Assembly: GCA_951406725.2 (NCBI GenBank)
Contig: OX597814.1
Span: 22,258,001 to 22,322,000, forward strand
Source of the DNA: Octopus vulgaris
Lineage: Eukaryota
DNA length: 64,000 bases
Direction: 5' to 3'
In this document: in pieces, positions 40,140 through 53,544 of the stretch
Position numbering within the stretch: the first letter of the stretch is position 1
Layout: each line of letters opens with the position of its first letter
Notes under the pieces: generated by a model
What the model saw: the letters and a program-made list of their open reading frames with translations, nothing else
Database searches by the model: none
What the model was told of the DNA's origin: nothing
Translations under genes and position numbers: made by a program

Positions 40140-43100
40140 TATATATATCATCATCATCTTCATCATCATTGACTTTAGCATCCATTTTCCATGCTGACAT
40201 GGTTTGGATGGTTTGACTGAGGGCTGGCAAGCCAGAAGGCTGCACCAGGCTCCAATGTGATCTGGCAGAGTTTCTACAGCTGAATACCCTTCCTAAGGCC
40301 AACCTCTCCAAGAGTGTAGAGGGTGCTTTTTACAATCCACTGGCACAAGGACCAGTCAGGGGGTACTGGCATCAACCACACTTGAATGGTGCTGTTTACG
40401 TGCCACTGGCATGGGACCAGTCAGCCAGCACAGGCATCAACCACGCTCAGATGGTACTTTTTACATGCCACCAGCACAGGAGCCAGTCAGGCAGCACTGG
40501 CAACGATCACACAATCAAATGGTGCTTTTTATGTGCCACCGGTACGGATAGCAATCAGGTGGTACTGTCATCAGCCACAACAATGACTTCACTTGACTCA
40601 ACAGGTCTTCACAAGCACAGTTTATTGCCCAATGATTGAAGGGTACTCTTAAATGGGTTGGTTTTGCTGCACTGGAATAGGCCACAGTTACAGTATCACT
40701 TGGCTTGCCACGTCATATACACACACACACACACATACATACATACGTACTTGCATACAGGCATGCAGACACACGTACATATATACAAACAAAAATACCC
40801 TGTTGTGGATGTTGAAATTCCAATGAAGGAGCCTTGGATCTAGGTCAGAAACCGGTCCTTTCTCTATTGGCAACAAATCTTTAAATAAACTGAATAATTA
40901 CATACATACACTGGGCAAAGCTCAAACTATAAAGGAAAAAGTTTTGTATCAATATTTATCACTAAATTAGAGGTGTGACTTATAAATGAGCACGACTTAT
41001 ACATAAGAAAACACGGTAAATCATTTCTATCAGAGAACTCCAAAACTTTTGATAAATAGTGAAAGTTAATATTAAAATAAATATAGCCATTGATTTGTCC
41101 CGTATCTAAAAATTGAAGCGTCATTCAATTCAAAAACTGACTAGCAGAATAATCAGTACTGACTATCGTAGGTTAAATGTAAATTATTTCTTGTAAGCGT
41201 TGGTTAGTCATTTGACTGGGTGTCAAAGTTTCGGGGTTAGCTAAAAATGACTGACAAAATTATTAATCTCTTTGAAAAGAAAGACTTTAAAAAAAAGTTT
41301 TAAAAAGTTAATGGTCAATGGGAAGTAACTCATAAAAAAACCTACAATTTTACCTCCCCTTACGTAATATTGCGAGTGTGACTACACACACACATTTAGT
41401 TATAATTTTAAACATGTAATAGAGCGTCATTGAAATGGTTGTTGTGACGTCATCAGAAGCTGTGTATTAGATTTCTCTGATCTAAACACGTGTTAAAGAT
41501 GTCAACAAAGGCGGAGTTAATTATCTTTTTGCTTTAATTTTTAATTAATTCCCGTTTCAAATTGTTTAGTTAACTAGAAATTCCGTCCATCAAAAGGAAA
41601 AGATCCGTAATTTATACTTTCGGAACTCACGAACAAACATCTTGTCACGTAGAGAAATAACATCAACAACGATGCGCTCTCCATTTACTTTTCCTCATTG
41701 CGTTAATTCCTCTGACATGCATAATTAGAGCGCTGCGACCACAAATCGAAGGTACTGCTGCTCCGGAAATTGATATCCTTCACCGCATCCAGAGAAGGGT
41801 CACTCGGCTGATTGGTATACCATCACAAATGGATGCACTCCAACCTCTTGTTTCTGTTCTCACTGTCTTTTTTTTCTAACACTTCTATAATAGTCTCTGT
41901 TCCTCAGATGTGACCGATCACTAAGATAACCCCACCTGCCCATCTCTTTCCACCATTCATCGCCCTTGTAGCACCCAACCTAACCACTATTCCCAGAACT
42001 TTCTGGAACCTCTTCCCTGCTCATGTCTTTCCTACAAATATTGACCTGCAACAGTTTAAATGGAACGTTAATATCAATCTCATCAGTGTCAGAAGGCCTG
42101 CAAGGGTCATGAGGTCAGCCTCTTCTTCCAAACTCAGCAAATAGAAAAAATAGTATTGCTCAGCATTGCCCACTTCCTATATTATTTTATACTCAACACA
42201 ATCACCACCAAGTTATACAATTCATGCTGGACATGCTCTACTTAAATACTACCCATTGATACAATACAATTTTTTGAGGGTACCTCTTTCAAGAACTCTA
42301 ACTTTCTTCTAACTTACTTTTTTATCTTACTTTTCAGAAAAATAACGTCAGACATCAGGTTCTCTCAGTAAATGAAAAGGCGTGTTGTAGTCGTTGCCCT
42401 AAAAGTGCAGTATAGTTATTCTGAGATAGCTTGATCCTGAAAGTTACTCGTTCCTTCATTGTCAATGTTCCAAAGGAGCTGGAAGCTGCTAACGGGGTTC
42501 CAACATCAGCAACTAAATATAAAACTCATGCACTGAGCCCTGATACCATCATAACACATAACTTTATACAAAACGTCCAAGAAATAATCAATAAAAATCC
42601 CAGAAAGTCAGTCAGAGGCATTGCAAAGGAATTCAATATTTCAGAGTACACCACCAGAAGAGTTGTGCATGAGAACATCCGGTATAAGTCGTATGTGATG
42701 CTGAGGGGTCAGTTTATATTGGATGTGACAAGAGATAATTGCTCGATGCATGCAAGGTGCTTGTTAAACAAGTTAAAACACAAAGGGGCTGGAATGCTTT
42801 GAGTTTTTTTTCCGATGAGAAAAATTTCGATCAGGACCAAAAGGTAAACCGAAGGAATGTTAGGTAGTTATCCAGAGACCCGAATGAGGTTCCAACGGTT
42901 GTATATACTAAGCTCGTGGCAACTGTGATGGTTCTGGGGGTCATCAGCAACGAGGCGAAAGATTAAATGTCACTATCTACATGGAGGTGTTGGGGAGAGC
43001 TGTGAGGCCCTAGATAGAGAGGGTACGCAACGGGAGACCATGCGTCTTCCAAGATTCTATACCATCTTATAAGGCTAGGATAACCCAAGCATGGATGCTT

Positions 43101-44830
43101 GCCATGCTCCATGATCATGTTCTCCCAGACACATGGCCTCCTAACTCACAAGGCCTCAATCCACTGGACTATTATGTATGGGGTATAGTCGAGAGAAAAT
43201 TCAGATCATCTGATTTGAGTACGTCAATGCTTCCGACCCTGTATTGAAGCAGTCATTGATACTAACAGTGGAGTCATTGAATGGTTGTGATGAACGGATT
43301 CTCAAGATTATTTGTACCAATTTGTTTTCAAATATAGCTTTTCTTTGATGAGTCATGCGTCTATTTTCTATATTCATATAAATGACCTCAAAGACAAAAG
43401 AAAAAAAGACTGACTCGCTCAGTACAATCGACACCTGCTACTATAACTCTTCCCTCACATAGCTCATATTCTATACAATTGCCACCAAATAATATAAAGT
43501 AACTTACAATTTATACAGCACATAAAAGGCTACTGACAGTTAACAATAAGAGATCTCACAGAGCAAGTATTCTATACAACAAACAGATGGAATATTAAAT
43601 ATTTTGCCCCGGTAACATATGACATCTAGTGACTAAGAAGAAAATAATTGAAGAGAGTCATGCGAAAATAGTGGAAACAAAATGAAAATAGTTTGATGAG
43701 TATCTTTTTATCATTTTTTTGTTTCATTCACTCAACTGCAATCATGATGGAACACTGCTTTGAAGTGCTTTGTCAAATAAATCGATCCCAGTACATATTT
43801 TAAGCTTAGTACTTATACGTTTCTTTTTGCCGAGCCGCAAGGTTACAGGTGCATAAACAAACGAACACCGGTAGTCAAGCTGTGATGAAGGACAAACACA
43901 AACACACGGACACACACCTATAGATATATACACATGTACATATACGACAGGTGTCTTTCAGTTTCTTATTTCTTTATTGCCCACAAGGGGCTAAGCATAG
44001 AGGGGACAAACAAGGACAGACAAACGGATTAAGTCGATTACATCAACCCCGGTGCATAACTGGTACTTATTTAATCGACCCCGAAAGGATGAAAGGCAAA
44101 GTCGACCTCGACGGAATTTGAACTCGGAACGTAAAGAAGGACGAAATGCCGCTAAGCATTTTCCTGTCGTGCTAACGATTCTTATTTCTTTATTGCCCAC
44201 AACGGGTTAAACATAGAGGGGACAAACAAGGACAGATAAAGGGATTAAGTCGATTACATCGACCCCAGTGCATAACTGGTACTTAATTTATCGGCTCCAA
44301 AAGGATGAAGGGCAAAGTCAACCTTGGCGGAATTTGAACTCAGAACATAAAGACAGACAACATACCTATTTCTTTACTACCCACAAGGGGCTAAACACAG
44401 AGAGGACAAACAAGGACAGACAAACGGATTAAGTCGATTATATCGAGCCCAGTGCACAACTGGTACTTATTTAATTGACCCCGAAAAGACGAAAGACAAA
44501 GTCGACCTCAGCAGAATTTGAACTCAGAACGTAACGGCAAACGAAATACCTATTTCTTTATTACCCACAAGGTGTTAAACATAGAGGGGACAAACAAGGA
44601 CAGACATAGGTATTAAGTCGATTGCATCGACCCCAGTGCGTAACTGGTACTTAATTTATCGACACCGAAAGGATGAAAGGCAAAGTCAACCTCGGCGGAA
44701 TTTGAACTCACAACGTAATGACAGACGAAATACAGCTAAGCATTTCACCCGGCGTGCTAACGTTTCTGTCAGCTCGCCACCTTAATAATAATGATGATGA
44801 TGATGGTAGTGATGGTGGTGGTGGTGGTGC

Positions 44831-44882
<52 letters not shown>

Positions 44883-45526
44883 GGTGGTGGTGGTGGTGGT
44901 GGTGGTGATGATGGTGATGAGGATGAGGATGATGATGATGATGATGATGATGCAGCAGCAGTACCAGGTAAAGATGCCCTGATGCAGTACCAGATAAATG
45001 CCCTAATGCAGTACCAGGCAGTGGCTCTCATGGCTTCTGATCTCAACTGATTAGAAGTGTTATCATATACATTGTTTTGTCTTGGTATAAAGATGGGCTA
45101 CAGCAAATATTCTGTTCAATACCACAGATTTGCTTGTCAGTTGTTTGACCTAAACCAGCTGGGCATCTTCCTTAGTGGCTGACGATATGTGCATCTCTGA
45201 TCACAAGCAGATGTAGTGGGGGAGCATCATAGCCATGTGTTGAGAGGGATTCTTTGAGGTTTGAATAATTCACCTCTGGAAACATGGGTGTTTCGTTCAA
45301 CATCCTTAAACAACCCTTATTCAGGGACCTTTTGAGCGGGATGGGTTACTCGACCAGAAGAAAATTCTAACTGGGCCCCACCTACAAGGTCATGTGCTGT
45401 TTATCTTGATATAATAGCACCATGTTGCGCACATATGGTTGTGATGCATGAGCCTAGTGTACCCATACTGGGCTTCGTATATTTTACCCCAGTGTCACTT
45501 TGATGGCATGCCCTACTCTCTCACTC

Positions 45527-45579
<53 letters not shown>

Positions 45580-45754
45580 TAATAACAATAATAATAGTAA
45601 TAATACTTTCTTTTATTGGCCACAAGGGCCAGGCACGACAAATAGGGACAATGCAATACAAAGGACAAGTGGGATGTTGAACAATGCCGTGTATAGAATA
45701 AGTATTAAAAAAAACAAATAAGAAAACAATTTAACTATAAGAATTCCCCCAAAG
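31762..45754 (+). repeat. Duplication B, right copy (starts at the gap)
   Basis: Starts tattgtgctatgtgaattg (=17676) and matches through 45754 (=31661). Confidence 0.97.
32308..33311 (+). pseudogene. Decayed mariner transposase (third copy)
   Basis: Identical ORF 33015-33311. Confidence 0.93.
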
Positions 45755-46181
45755 TAGGGAGTTCCTTACAGAGACAACCGCAAAACCCCATGCAGCTTGG
45801 TTACCCCGACCGCCAGGTGCACCTCAGCAGGCACCGCTCTCCTTAACACCTCCGGTTTACAAACGAAGCTTCAGTGTAGGCCCATTCACATGGGCCATTG
45901 TCGTCACATGCAGCTGTCTTTCACCAAATTTACTGGTGGGGCAGAACTTAACTCTCTACCTTTAATTTCCTTTTCAAGTGGAACTTGAAAAAGCCAATGA
46001 GGGCTTAGCTGAAGAAGAAAGTATCTGTCTTCAGTCCTTTCAGCCTTGTCCACCACACTACTTCTTTCGTCATAGCCACCAGACAGTGAAAAATTGCATT
46101 TCCTTCCCGGCCAAAGAAAGGAAGGCAGCGGGGCGATCTTTACGATGGGCTCGGCTGATGACCGGATCCGCCCTACGCGCG
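45606..46181 (-). mobile_element. 5'-truncated L1/Tx1-type LINE 3' end (partial copy 31512-31661)
   Basis: Minus-strand peptide SRVGRIRSSAEPIVKIAPLPS / AIFHCLVAMTKEVVWWTRLKGLKTDTF / FFKFHLKRKLKVE resembles L1/Tx1 ORF2 C-termini (..AK..IW..R). Flanked by AAT repeats. Confidence 0.65.
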
Positions 46182-46209
46182 ATAACAGTAATAACAATAA
46201 TAAGACAGT

Positions 46210-46651
46210 GATTCTCATGGTTTCTGATCTTAACTGCTCAATACCACAGATTTACTTGTCACTTGTTTGACCTTAACCAGTTGAGCATGTTCCTTAGTAG
46301 CTGATGAATTGTGCATCTCTGATCATCATAGCCATGTGTTGAAAAAAATTTGTTTGGGTTTGGATAATTCACCTCTGGAAACATGGGTGTCTAGTAAAAC
46401 ATCCTTAAACGACCCTTACTCAGGGACCTTTTGTGCGGGATGGGCTACTCGGTCTGAAGAAAATTCTAACTGGGCCCCACCTGCGAGGTCATGCGCTGTT
46501 TATCTTGATATGAGATCACCATGTCACACACATGTGGTTGTGATACATGTGCCTGGTGTACCCTTATAAGACGGGAAGTCATGATGGGTATAATGGGCTT
46601 CGTATATTTTACACCAGTGTCACTTTGGTGGCATGCCCTACTCTCTCACTC

Positions 46652-46688
<37 letters not shown>

Positions 46689-46689
46689 G
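46210..46689 (+). mobile_element. (AAT)n-tailed interspersed repeat, second independent copy
   Basis: Homologous to 30930-31510, with internal deletions. Confidence 0.8.
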
Positions 46690-46994
46690 ATCTCTGGCTT
46701 ACCATACATGCAGGAAGTGCAGAAGATTGTTTAAACTAGTACGTCACAGGTACTGAGAAGAGTTTGGGAATTTTTGTTCCACGCTCCTATTTTCTTTGTT
46801 TACTTTTTAATTTTTTTCCTTTTTCTCTCTGTCTATTTGCCCTTTTTTCTCTATCACGTGACTCTATAAATGAACAATCTGGTGTGTTTATTTTAATTGC
46901 TTGCCAATGTATACAGTGAGTTTCTCTTCCATAGGTACCAGGAAGACACTCGGCAATAAATGGAAACAGAATTGAAAGATGGTGATGATAATAA

Positions 46995-47335
46995 TAACAA
47001 GAGCACTCACAGGGTGCAAACTTCCGCCAAGGCAACGCTAACGTCTTCTCAACGATTAGCCGGAGATGGTTTTTAAAATAAGAATATCTGAAATAAACTC
47101 GACTGCTCTCACAAACGAGAATACTAAAAATGAACCCGGCTGCTCTCAAAAATTAGGTAAAACAACAAAAAAAAAACCGAAAAAATAATCTAGAATCCTT
47201 CTCTGACACCAGATTGATCCCAAAATCTAATCAGTTCGTGCCAGTCATGAGGCCAATTATCCCTGAAAGTTTCATCCGAATCCATTTAGCATTTCTTGAG
47301 ATATCTTGTCCACAACAAATAAACAAAGACGGGAT
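46995..47335 (+). mobile_element. Probable non-autonomous rolling-circle (Helitron/Helentron-like) repeat
   Basis: aacaagagcactc start and aaagtttcatccgaatcc...ttcttgagatatcttgtccaca end resemble such elements. Pattern recall only. Confidence 0.35.
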
Positions 47336-47484
47336 CTTTTCAATCTGACCAGCATATTTTTTTTATTAATTTTTCTTTTAAGTAAACACTTTGAAAATTC
47401 GGAGGGGACCCAGAAGTTGTTGTTTGCAAACAGCAGCAGTAATTTTCTTCAGCTGAATACACGTCATTGATTGGTTAAAATTAC

Positions 47485-47905
47485 GACCTTAACCAGTTGA
47501 GCATGTCCCTTAGTGGCTGACGATATGTGCATCTCTGATCCCGAGCAGAAGTAGTGGGGGAGCATCATAGCCATGTGTTGAGAGGGATTCTTTGGGGTTT
47601 GAATAATTCACCTCTGGAAACATGGGTGGTTCTTTCAACATCCTTAAACAACCCTTATTCAGGGACCTTTTGAGCGGGATAGGCTACTCCACCAGAAGAA
47701 AATTCTAACTGGGCCCCACCTGCAAGGTCATGCGCTGTTTACCTTGATATGAGATCACCATGTCGCGCACATATGGTTGTGATGCATGTGCCTGGTGTAC
47801 CCTTATCAGACGGGAAGTCATGATGGGTATATTGGGCTTCGTATATTTTACCCCAGTGTCACTTTGATGGCATGAACTGCTTTCTCACTCAATAATAATA
47901 ATAAT
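47485..47905 (+). mobile_element. (AAT)n-tailed interspersed repeat, third independent copy
   Basis: gaccttaaccagttgagcatg...ctcactcaataataataat, homologous to 46268-46689. Confidence 0.8.
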
Positions 47906-48367
47906 GGTTTCAAAGTTTGGAGAAGAGCTAGTAAATTTAGGAAGAGGTGAGGTATGCCGATTACAGTGGTGAACTGGTACCTATTAAAGCACTGGATGCG
48001 ACACAGACGAATGACTTACTACTACTACTACCACTGTCTTAAAAATATATTTTAATTATAATAATGATGATTTCTTTTGTTATAATAATAGTATTGATGG
48101 ATGTGTGCAAAGAAATTTTCTTGAAGGGGATTGTCAATTAAATTGTTCTATGCATCCTGGATTTGAACCTAGAATGTAATGTCACTAAATACTGCATCTG
48201 ATTAATGACATATAGTGTTCTACTATTTCTGCTAATTAGTGTCATTACATGAAGTGTTATCTAAAACAGAGATAAACAAAACATCTGGCTCTACTCACTA
48301 TGAAGTGTAAGAACAAGAGGAAAAAATACAGAGTTGTCTCCCTTGTATCATTTTTTTTCGATGAAAA

Positions 48368-50640
48368 TACCGTACAACAAAACTGAACGTTATTTCGACT
48401 ACGGAGATGAGAATAAGGTTTTCTAAGATAATTTTATGCGTAGATCACAGAAATGGCAACCGTTTCTCACAGAATGACTTTAGTTTATGGTAATTCTGCT
48501 TTTTAATATTAGGGTATTTTTATAATTCAATTTTTCATTTTTCAGATTTTCAGAGAAAAAAAAGCTATAAAATACCTATAAACATTTAATTAAATCTTTA
48601 ATTAGAATAAAAATTGCATTAAAATAACAAGAGGTCTGTGTAGAAATCACCCAGACAAATTGTTATAGCTGTGGTGCTGTGACATTCCAGAAGTATTCAA
48701 GAATTATTACGCCATTGGTAAAAAAAAAAAACAAGCAGTATTATTTATATATTTTTGAGTGATGATAGGAGACCAAGATCAAAGTTGGGCACCACATATA
48801 TGTTGCACAGCATTTACCAATGGTCTTTGGGAAAGTTAAGAAGTATGCAGTTTGGAATTCCAATGAATTGGCATGAACCACAAGACCACCATTCTGACTA
48901 CTATTTCTATTTTGTAGATGTTAAAGGTGTGTTTTTTATTTTCAGTAAACTTAGCATTAATTTATCTAAATATATTTATTTTTATTCGTTACATTAAATA
49001 TAGGAAATGCTATAATATAATTTATTTTCTTAACAGATATAACAACGAAGAGTGCGCAGTCGGGGATGTATCCGAATGTAAAATCCGCCATTCGGACTGC
49101 ACCTCATTCGGCCAGCATTCCGATACCTACGGTACCTGCGAACATGGTTTTATCCGATATTAGTGAATCAGAAGAGAATTGTGAACAAGATGAGGTGTAT
49201 GTGCCTGCATCAGAACAATCCGGACCGAAACCCCTTGCACAGGATGAGTTAAACGATCTTGTTCGGGATTTGAGATTAACGAAAATGCAGAGCGACTTAC
49301 TGTCTTCTAGGTTAAAGAAAAGAAACTTGGAAACTCAAGATGTCAGCATCGCAAAATTTCGAAATCGTCCAGATGGTTTAATAGAAAAAATTGAAATGAA
49401 TGGACTCTTTGAGTATCTTGGCTTAAATTACGACCCTAGTGAGTGGTGGCTATTCTTAGACTCTTCGCTTTATAGTACTAAAGCTGTGCTACCGCACATA
49501 GGTAATAAACTTCCGTCAGTTCCTGTAGCTCATTCTGTTGCACTAAAGGAAACGTATGAAAATTTATCGTTCACATTAGGTTGTATAAGATATAATGAGT
49601 GTATATGGCTGATTTGTGCTAACTTGAAAATTGTAGTGATTGTAATTGGCTTGTAGGCTGGGTTTACTTAGTACATGTACTTTTTGTGTCAATAGGACAG
49701 CCGTGCTTGGTAAGAGCATTATATCCGTAGTGAATAGCCATTGAGAAATGAATGAGAAATAGGTTCACATAACGTTATACGTGAACCACTGGTTCTTAAG
49801 GAGAAAATAAGTTTGCCTCCATTGCATATTAAATTAGGTCCTATCAAACAGTTTGTTAAGAAGTTAAATCTGGAAGAGCCACCATTTTTGTACTTGAAAA
49901 CTAAGTTTCCCAAACTAAGCCATGAGCAAATCAAAGAAGGCGTGTTTGTCAGTCCCCAAATTCGGCAACTTTTGACAAACGATAATTTTGAAAACACCTT
50001 GAATATGTTGGAATTGGATGCATGGCAAAGTTTCAGAAACGTATGTAATGGTCTACATGGGAAGCGCAGAGCAGCCAACAATGAAGTACTTGTAGGAAAA
50101 TTCATTGATTCGTACAAATCATTAGGGTGCTAAATCATAATGTCATTAAAAGTTCGCTATTTGCATTCGCATCTAGCTTTATTTCCTCAGAATGCAGCAG
50201 ACATCAGCAACAAACATAGTGAGGGATTCCACCAAGACATAAGTCAAATGGAAACTCGATCTGAGGGGAAGTGGAGTCCCACCATGCTTGCTGACTTTTG
50301 CTGGTTTCTTCAGAGAGATAGACCTGATGCTATACATAGAAAAAAACATAAATATTGTACTAAAAAACAGATGTTCTTCCTTTTATAAAAGACGCAAATA
50401 ACGTATTTACTATTAATAACAACCCATTTTGCAGAAAACTCGTTTTAATTCTAGGAAAAAAATGTTATTTTCACTGAAAAATACCCATTTTCTAGCAAAA
50501 ACATACCGTTTAGTGACGGCGCATTTTACGAAACACTGGAGTCAGTTCATGAAAAACGGAGTTCATTTTCATTATCTAGGTAAAAACTGTTCCAGAAAAT
50601 TATGATTTCTCCTCTGTAGCAAAATCATTGTTGTACAGCG
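48368..50640 (+). mobile_element. Near full-length DNA transposon, probably Chapaev3/CMC type
   Basis: Termini taccgtacaacaa... and ...ttgttgtacagcg are inverted and degenerate from CACTGTACAACAA; the similarity extends imperfectly inward; the element contains a transposase remnant. Confidence 0.75.
48640..50388 (+). pseudogene. Decayed Chapaev3-like transposase with intron 48927-49036
   Basis: CRNHPDK..CG, FGIPMNWHEPQDHHSD, YPNVKSAIR, ELNDLVRDL, LFLDSS, LPPLHIKLG, IKEGVFVSPQIR, MSLKVRYLHSHL, FHQDISQME, MLADFCW; multiple stops. Family name is from motif recall. Confidence 0.85.
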
Positions 50641-51202
50641 TAATGTTACCTTTGAAATGCTGTTTATCTTATTTTAAAACTGACGAATTGGTGGAAACTT
50701 CAAGCCATTTGCTTGAATTACTAATGACACTCGTTCCGGTTTTCTGCACTTTGTGATCAAGTTCCACTGAAATCTTGTTTGCCTTTCATTCTTCGGGAGT
50801 TGATATATTCAATATCATTCCGGTGATGGAGGCGATTCCCAACTTTTTTTTTCTATTTATCTGTGGATTGATAATGTACCAATCTCCAAGAACCAGCCTC
50901 CTGTAGCTGATTCTGTCCGAGAACTATGTTAGGAGTACATGTGCCCGAGAAATATCCAACCGCTTAAGCATTAATTTTTGGAATGGTCAAGCAATGGAGC
51001 GTCCATCGTTGACATTGAATGGAAGTTCATCATTTTATCTTAGTAGTCTCTGAAATAATTTTATGTATAGTTCATATGTCGTTTTAAAGTTACTATATTT
51101 TCACGTAATACTCTAGTTGTACTTTCAACTCTAATTAAGAAACAATTATTTATCTACATATTAATCAGTAAAGGGACTATTAACACCATTTTACTTCTAA
51201 TA

Positions 51203-51405
51203 TTGGTTTCAAATTTTGGCATAAGGCCAGAAATTTCGGTGGTGGGGTATAAGGCAATTACATCGATCCCAGTGCTCAATTGGTAATTATTTTATGGACC
51301 CCGAAAGAACGAAAAGCAAAAATCGACCTCGATGGAATTTGAACTCAGAACGTAATGCCACTAAGCATTTTGCCCGACGTGCTAACGATTCTGCCAGCTC
51401 GCCAT
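51203..51405 (-). mobile_element. SINE type B
   Basis: gaccccgaaagaacgaaaagcaaaaatcgacctcgatggaatttgaactcagaacg...ctgccagctcgcc. Confidence 0.85.
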
Positions 51406-51642
51406 TCCTACAGTTGTAGTATATTGCTGGGATGATATAATTGCTGAAAATGACATTGCTTTGAGAATTTATTTCATCTCTGATATTTATTCTTTTATTG
51501 CCCACAAGGGGTTAAATTTCACTTGGAGAAGAGTAATCCAAAGAAATTACCGATGGTGTGCATTGAAAGATGTTAGGTACAAATTAACAAAATGGAAAGA
51601 GTTTTAAGATTTTTGGGAAGAGGAGAATTCAAAGGTGTAGAG

Positions 51643-51881
51643 CAGTGATTCGCAACCACTTTTTGCCTATGGACACCTTTAATTCATATTTTATTCTACT
51701 GAACTGCCATAGATATTCGATGTTTAAAAAAAAACTCTTATTATATTTTTATAATTAAATATTATAAGGAATTGTGTAAAAATAAAGTTAAAACATTTTG
51801 TGTATTGTAGAAGTATAACCAATTTATTGCTCATAAATTTTAACGACAAAATCCTATATGGACCCCGTTTGAAATTCACTG
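51643..51881. mobile_element. hAT-type MITE (~239 bp)
   Basis: Termini cagtgattcgcaacc ... gtttgaaattcactg; flanks gtgtagag / atttagag look like a decayed 8-bp NTNTAGAN target-site duplication. Confidence 0.7.
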
Positions 51882-52060
51882 ATTTAGAGCCCGGCCATTC
51901 GTGAAATGGTAGAAATACACCGGCGGGGTGGGTGAAAAATGTTAACATTCTGTAAAATCTAACAATTACTCTATGTGTGTTGATAGAATAAATTACAAGC
52001 AAATTACTAAAGAAAAATTCCACAACTAGTATTTTTGGCTTGTGTCTATAATAGAAATTT

Positions 52061-52470
52061 GGGTGTGTGGTAATTAGCTTGCTTGCCAACCACATGGTTC
52101 TGGGTTCAATCCCACTGCGTGGCACCTTGGGCAAGAGTCTTCTACTATAGCCTCGAGCCGACCAAAGCCTTGTGAGTGGATTTGGTAGACGGAAACTGTA
52201 AGAAGCCCATCGTATATATGTATGTATATATATATGTATGCGTGTGTATATGTTTGTATGTCTGTGTTTACCCCCCCCTCCCAACTCCAACATCGCTTAC
52301 AACCGATGCTGGTGTGTTTACGTCCCCGTAACTAGCGGTTCGGCAAAAGATACCGATAGAGTAAGTACTAGGCTTACAAAACATAAGTCCTGAGGTCGAT
52401 TTGCTCGACTAAAGGCGGTGCTCCAGCATGGCCGCAGTCAAATGACTGAAACAAGTAAAAGAGTAAGAGA
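52061..52470 (+). mobile_element. SINE type A, well preserved
   Basis: gtgtggtaattagcttgcttgccaaccacatggttctgggttcaatcccactgcgtggcaccttgggcaag...gactgaaacaagtaaaagagtaag. Confidence 0.9.
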
Positions 52471-52840
52471 ATAGAGAATATACGGCTGTGTATTTACAGA
52501 AATGATAAGTTACAGGATTTATTGGTTTGCAGTATGGAGTTATTTCCCTTTATGTTCTGAAATTGAAATTCGACCGAACGCAAATTTATAATTATTCTTC
52601 GTTTGGTTGGAGAGTAACTAGGACGATGAAATTCTATATACCTCCCGGCAAATTTTTTGACTGCATAGAAAAGTAATTTTTGCGACTGTATACAAATTAA
52701 TACGATATATGATTTATAATTATGGTTTAGTTTTTAGATAATGATTTTTATTGCTCAATAATATTTTCGAATAAGATTTTATATAACACTCCAAATATAT
52801 ATAATTCATAAAATAAGTACGAACATTTATAATCTGTCTG

Positions 52841-52898
<58 letters not shown>

Positions 52899-53544
52899 AT
52901 GAACACACACACTTTCTTTATTTTGGGTATTGTTCAAATGTATCACATATACCATATACATTTTTCTAATTTTATCAATACACGACTATAAATGGTTATA
53001 GTCTTACATAAAATAAATTCTAAAAATGTTCAATCAATTTTAATAGAATATCGGATTAAAAGAATAGGTAGATTATCAGACGGAATGAAATACATTGTTG
53101 AGTTGTGATGCTTTATGTTCGATGTTCAAATGCCATCGGATTTCTGCTTTGTCCATCAACTTTCTAGAGTTAAAATATATAAAAATCAACACCCATATAT
53201 TCATACCTGTATTAGAAACGGCTGTTATGTTAGGTTGGCATAGACAATGGCATGCAATGTTTAAAGTCCACTGTGTTATATTTTAATGTAATATCTGTTA
53301 GAAGGTGACTTCAGCTTTGATCCTTCCAGAATTGACAAAATACAATACGTAGCCTGTCATGTTCAAGGCCAATTCAGTGGAATGCGCGCGTGTATGCATG
53401 TGTGCGCACCTGTATGCGTGAGTTTGTGTCTGTATTTATATGTGTGTGTGTTGTGCATGTGTGTGTATACATGTGTCTGTGTACACATGTGTGTGTGCGA
53501 GCATATGTGTCCGTGTTTATGTGTGTATACGTGTGAGTAATACA

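Noticed and set aside
51724-52293. 189-aa minus-strand ORF
   Set aside because: Spans a SINE and a hAT MITE; no protein motif.
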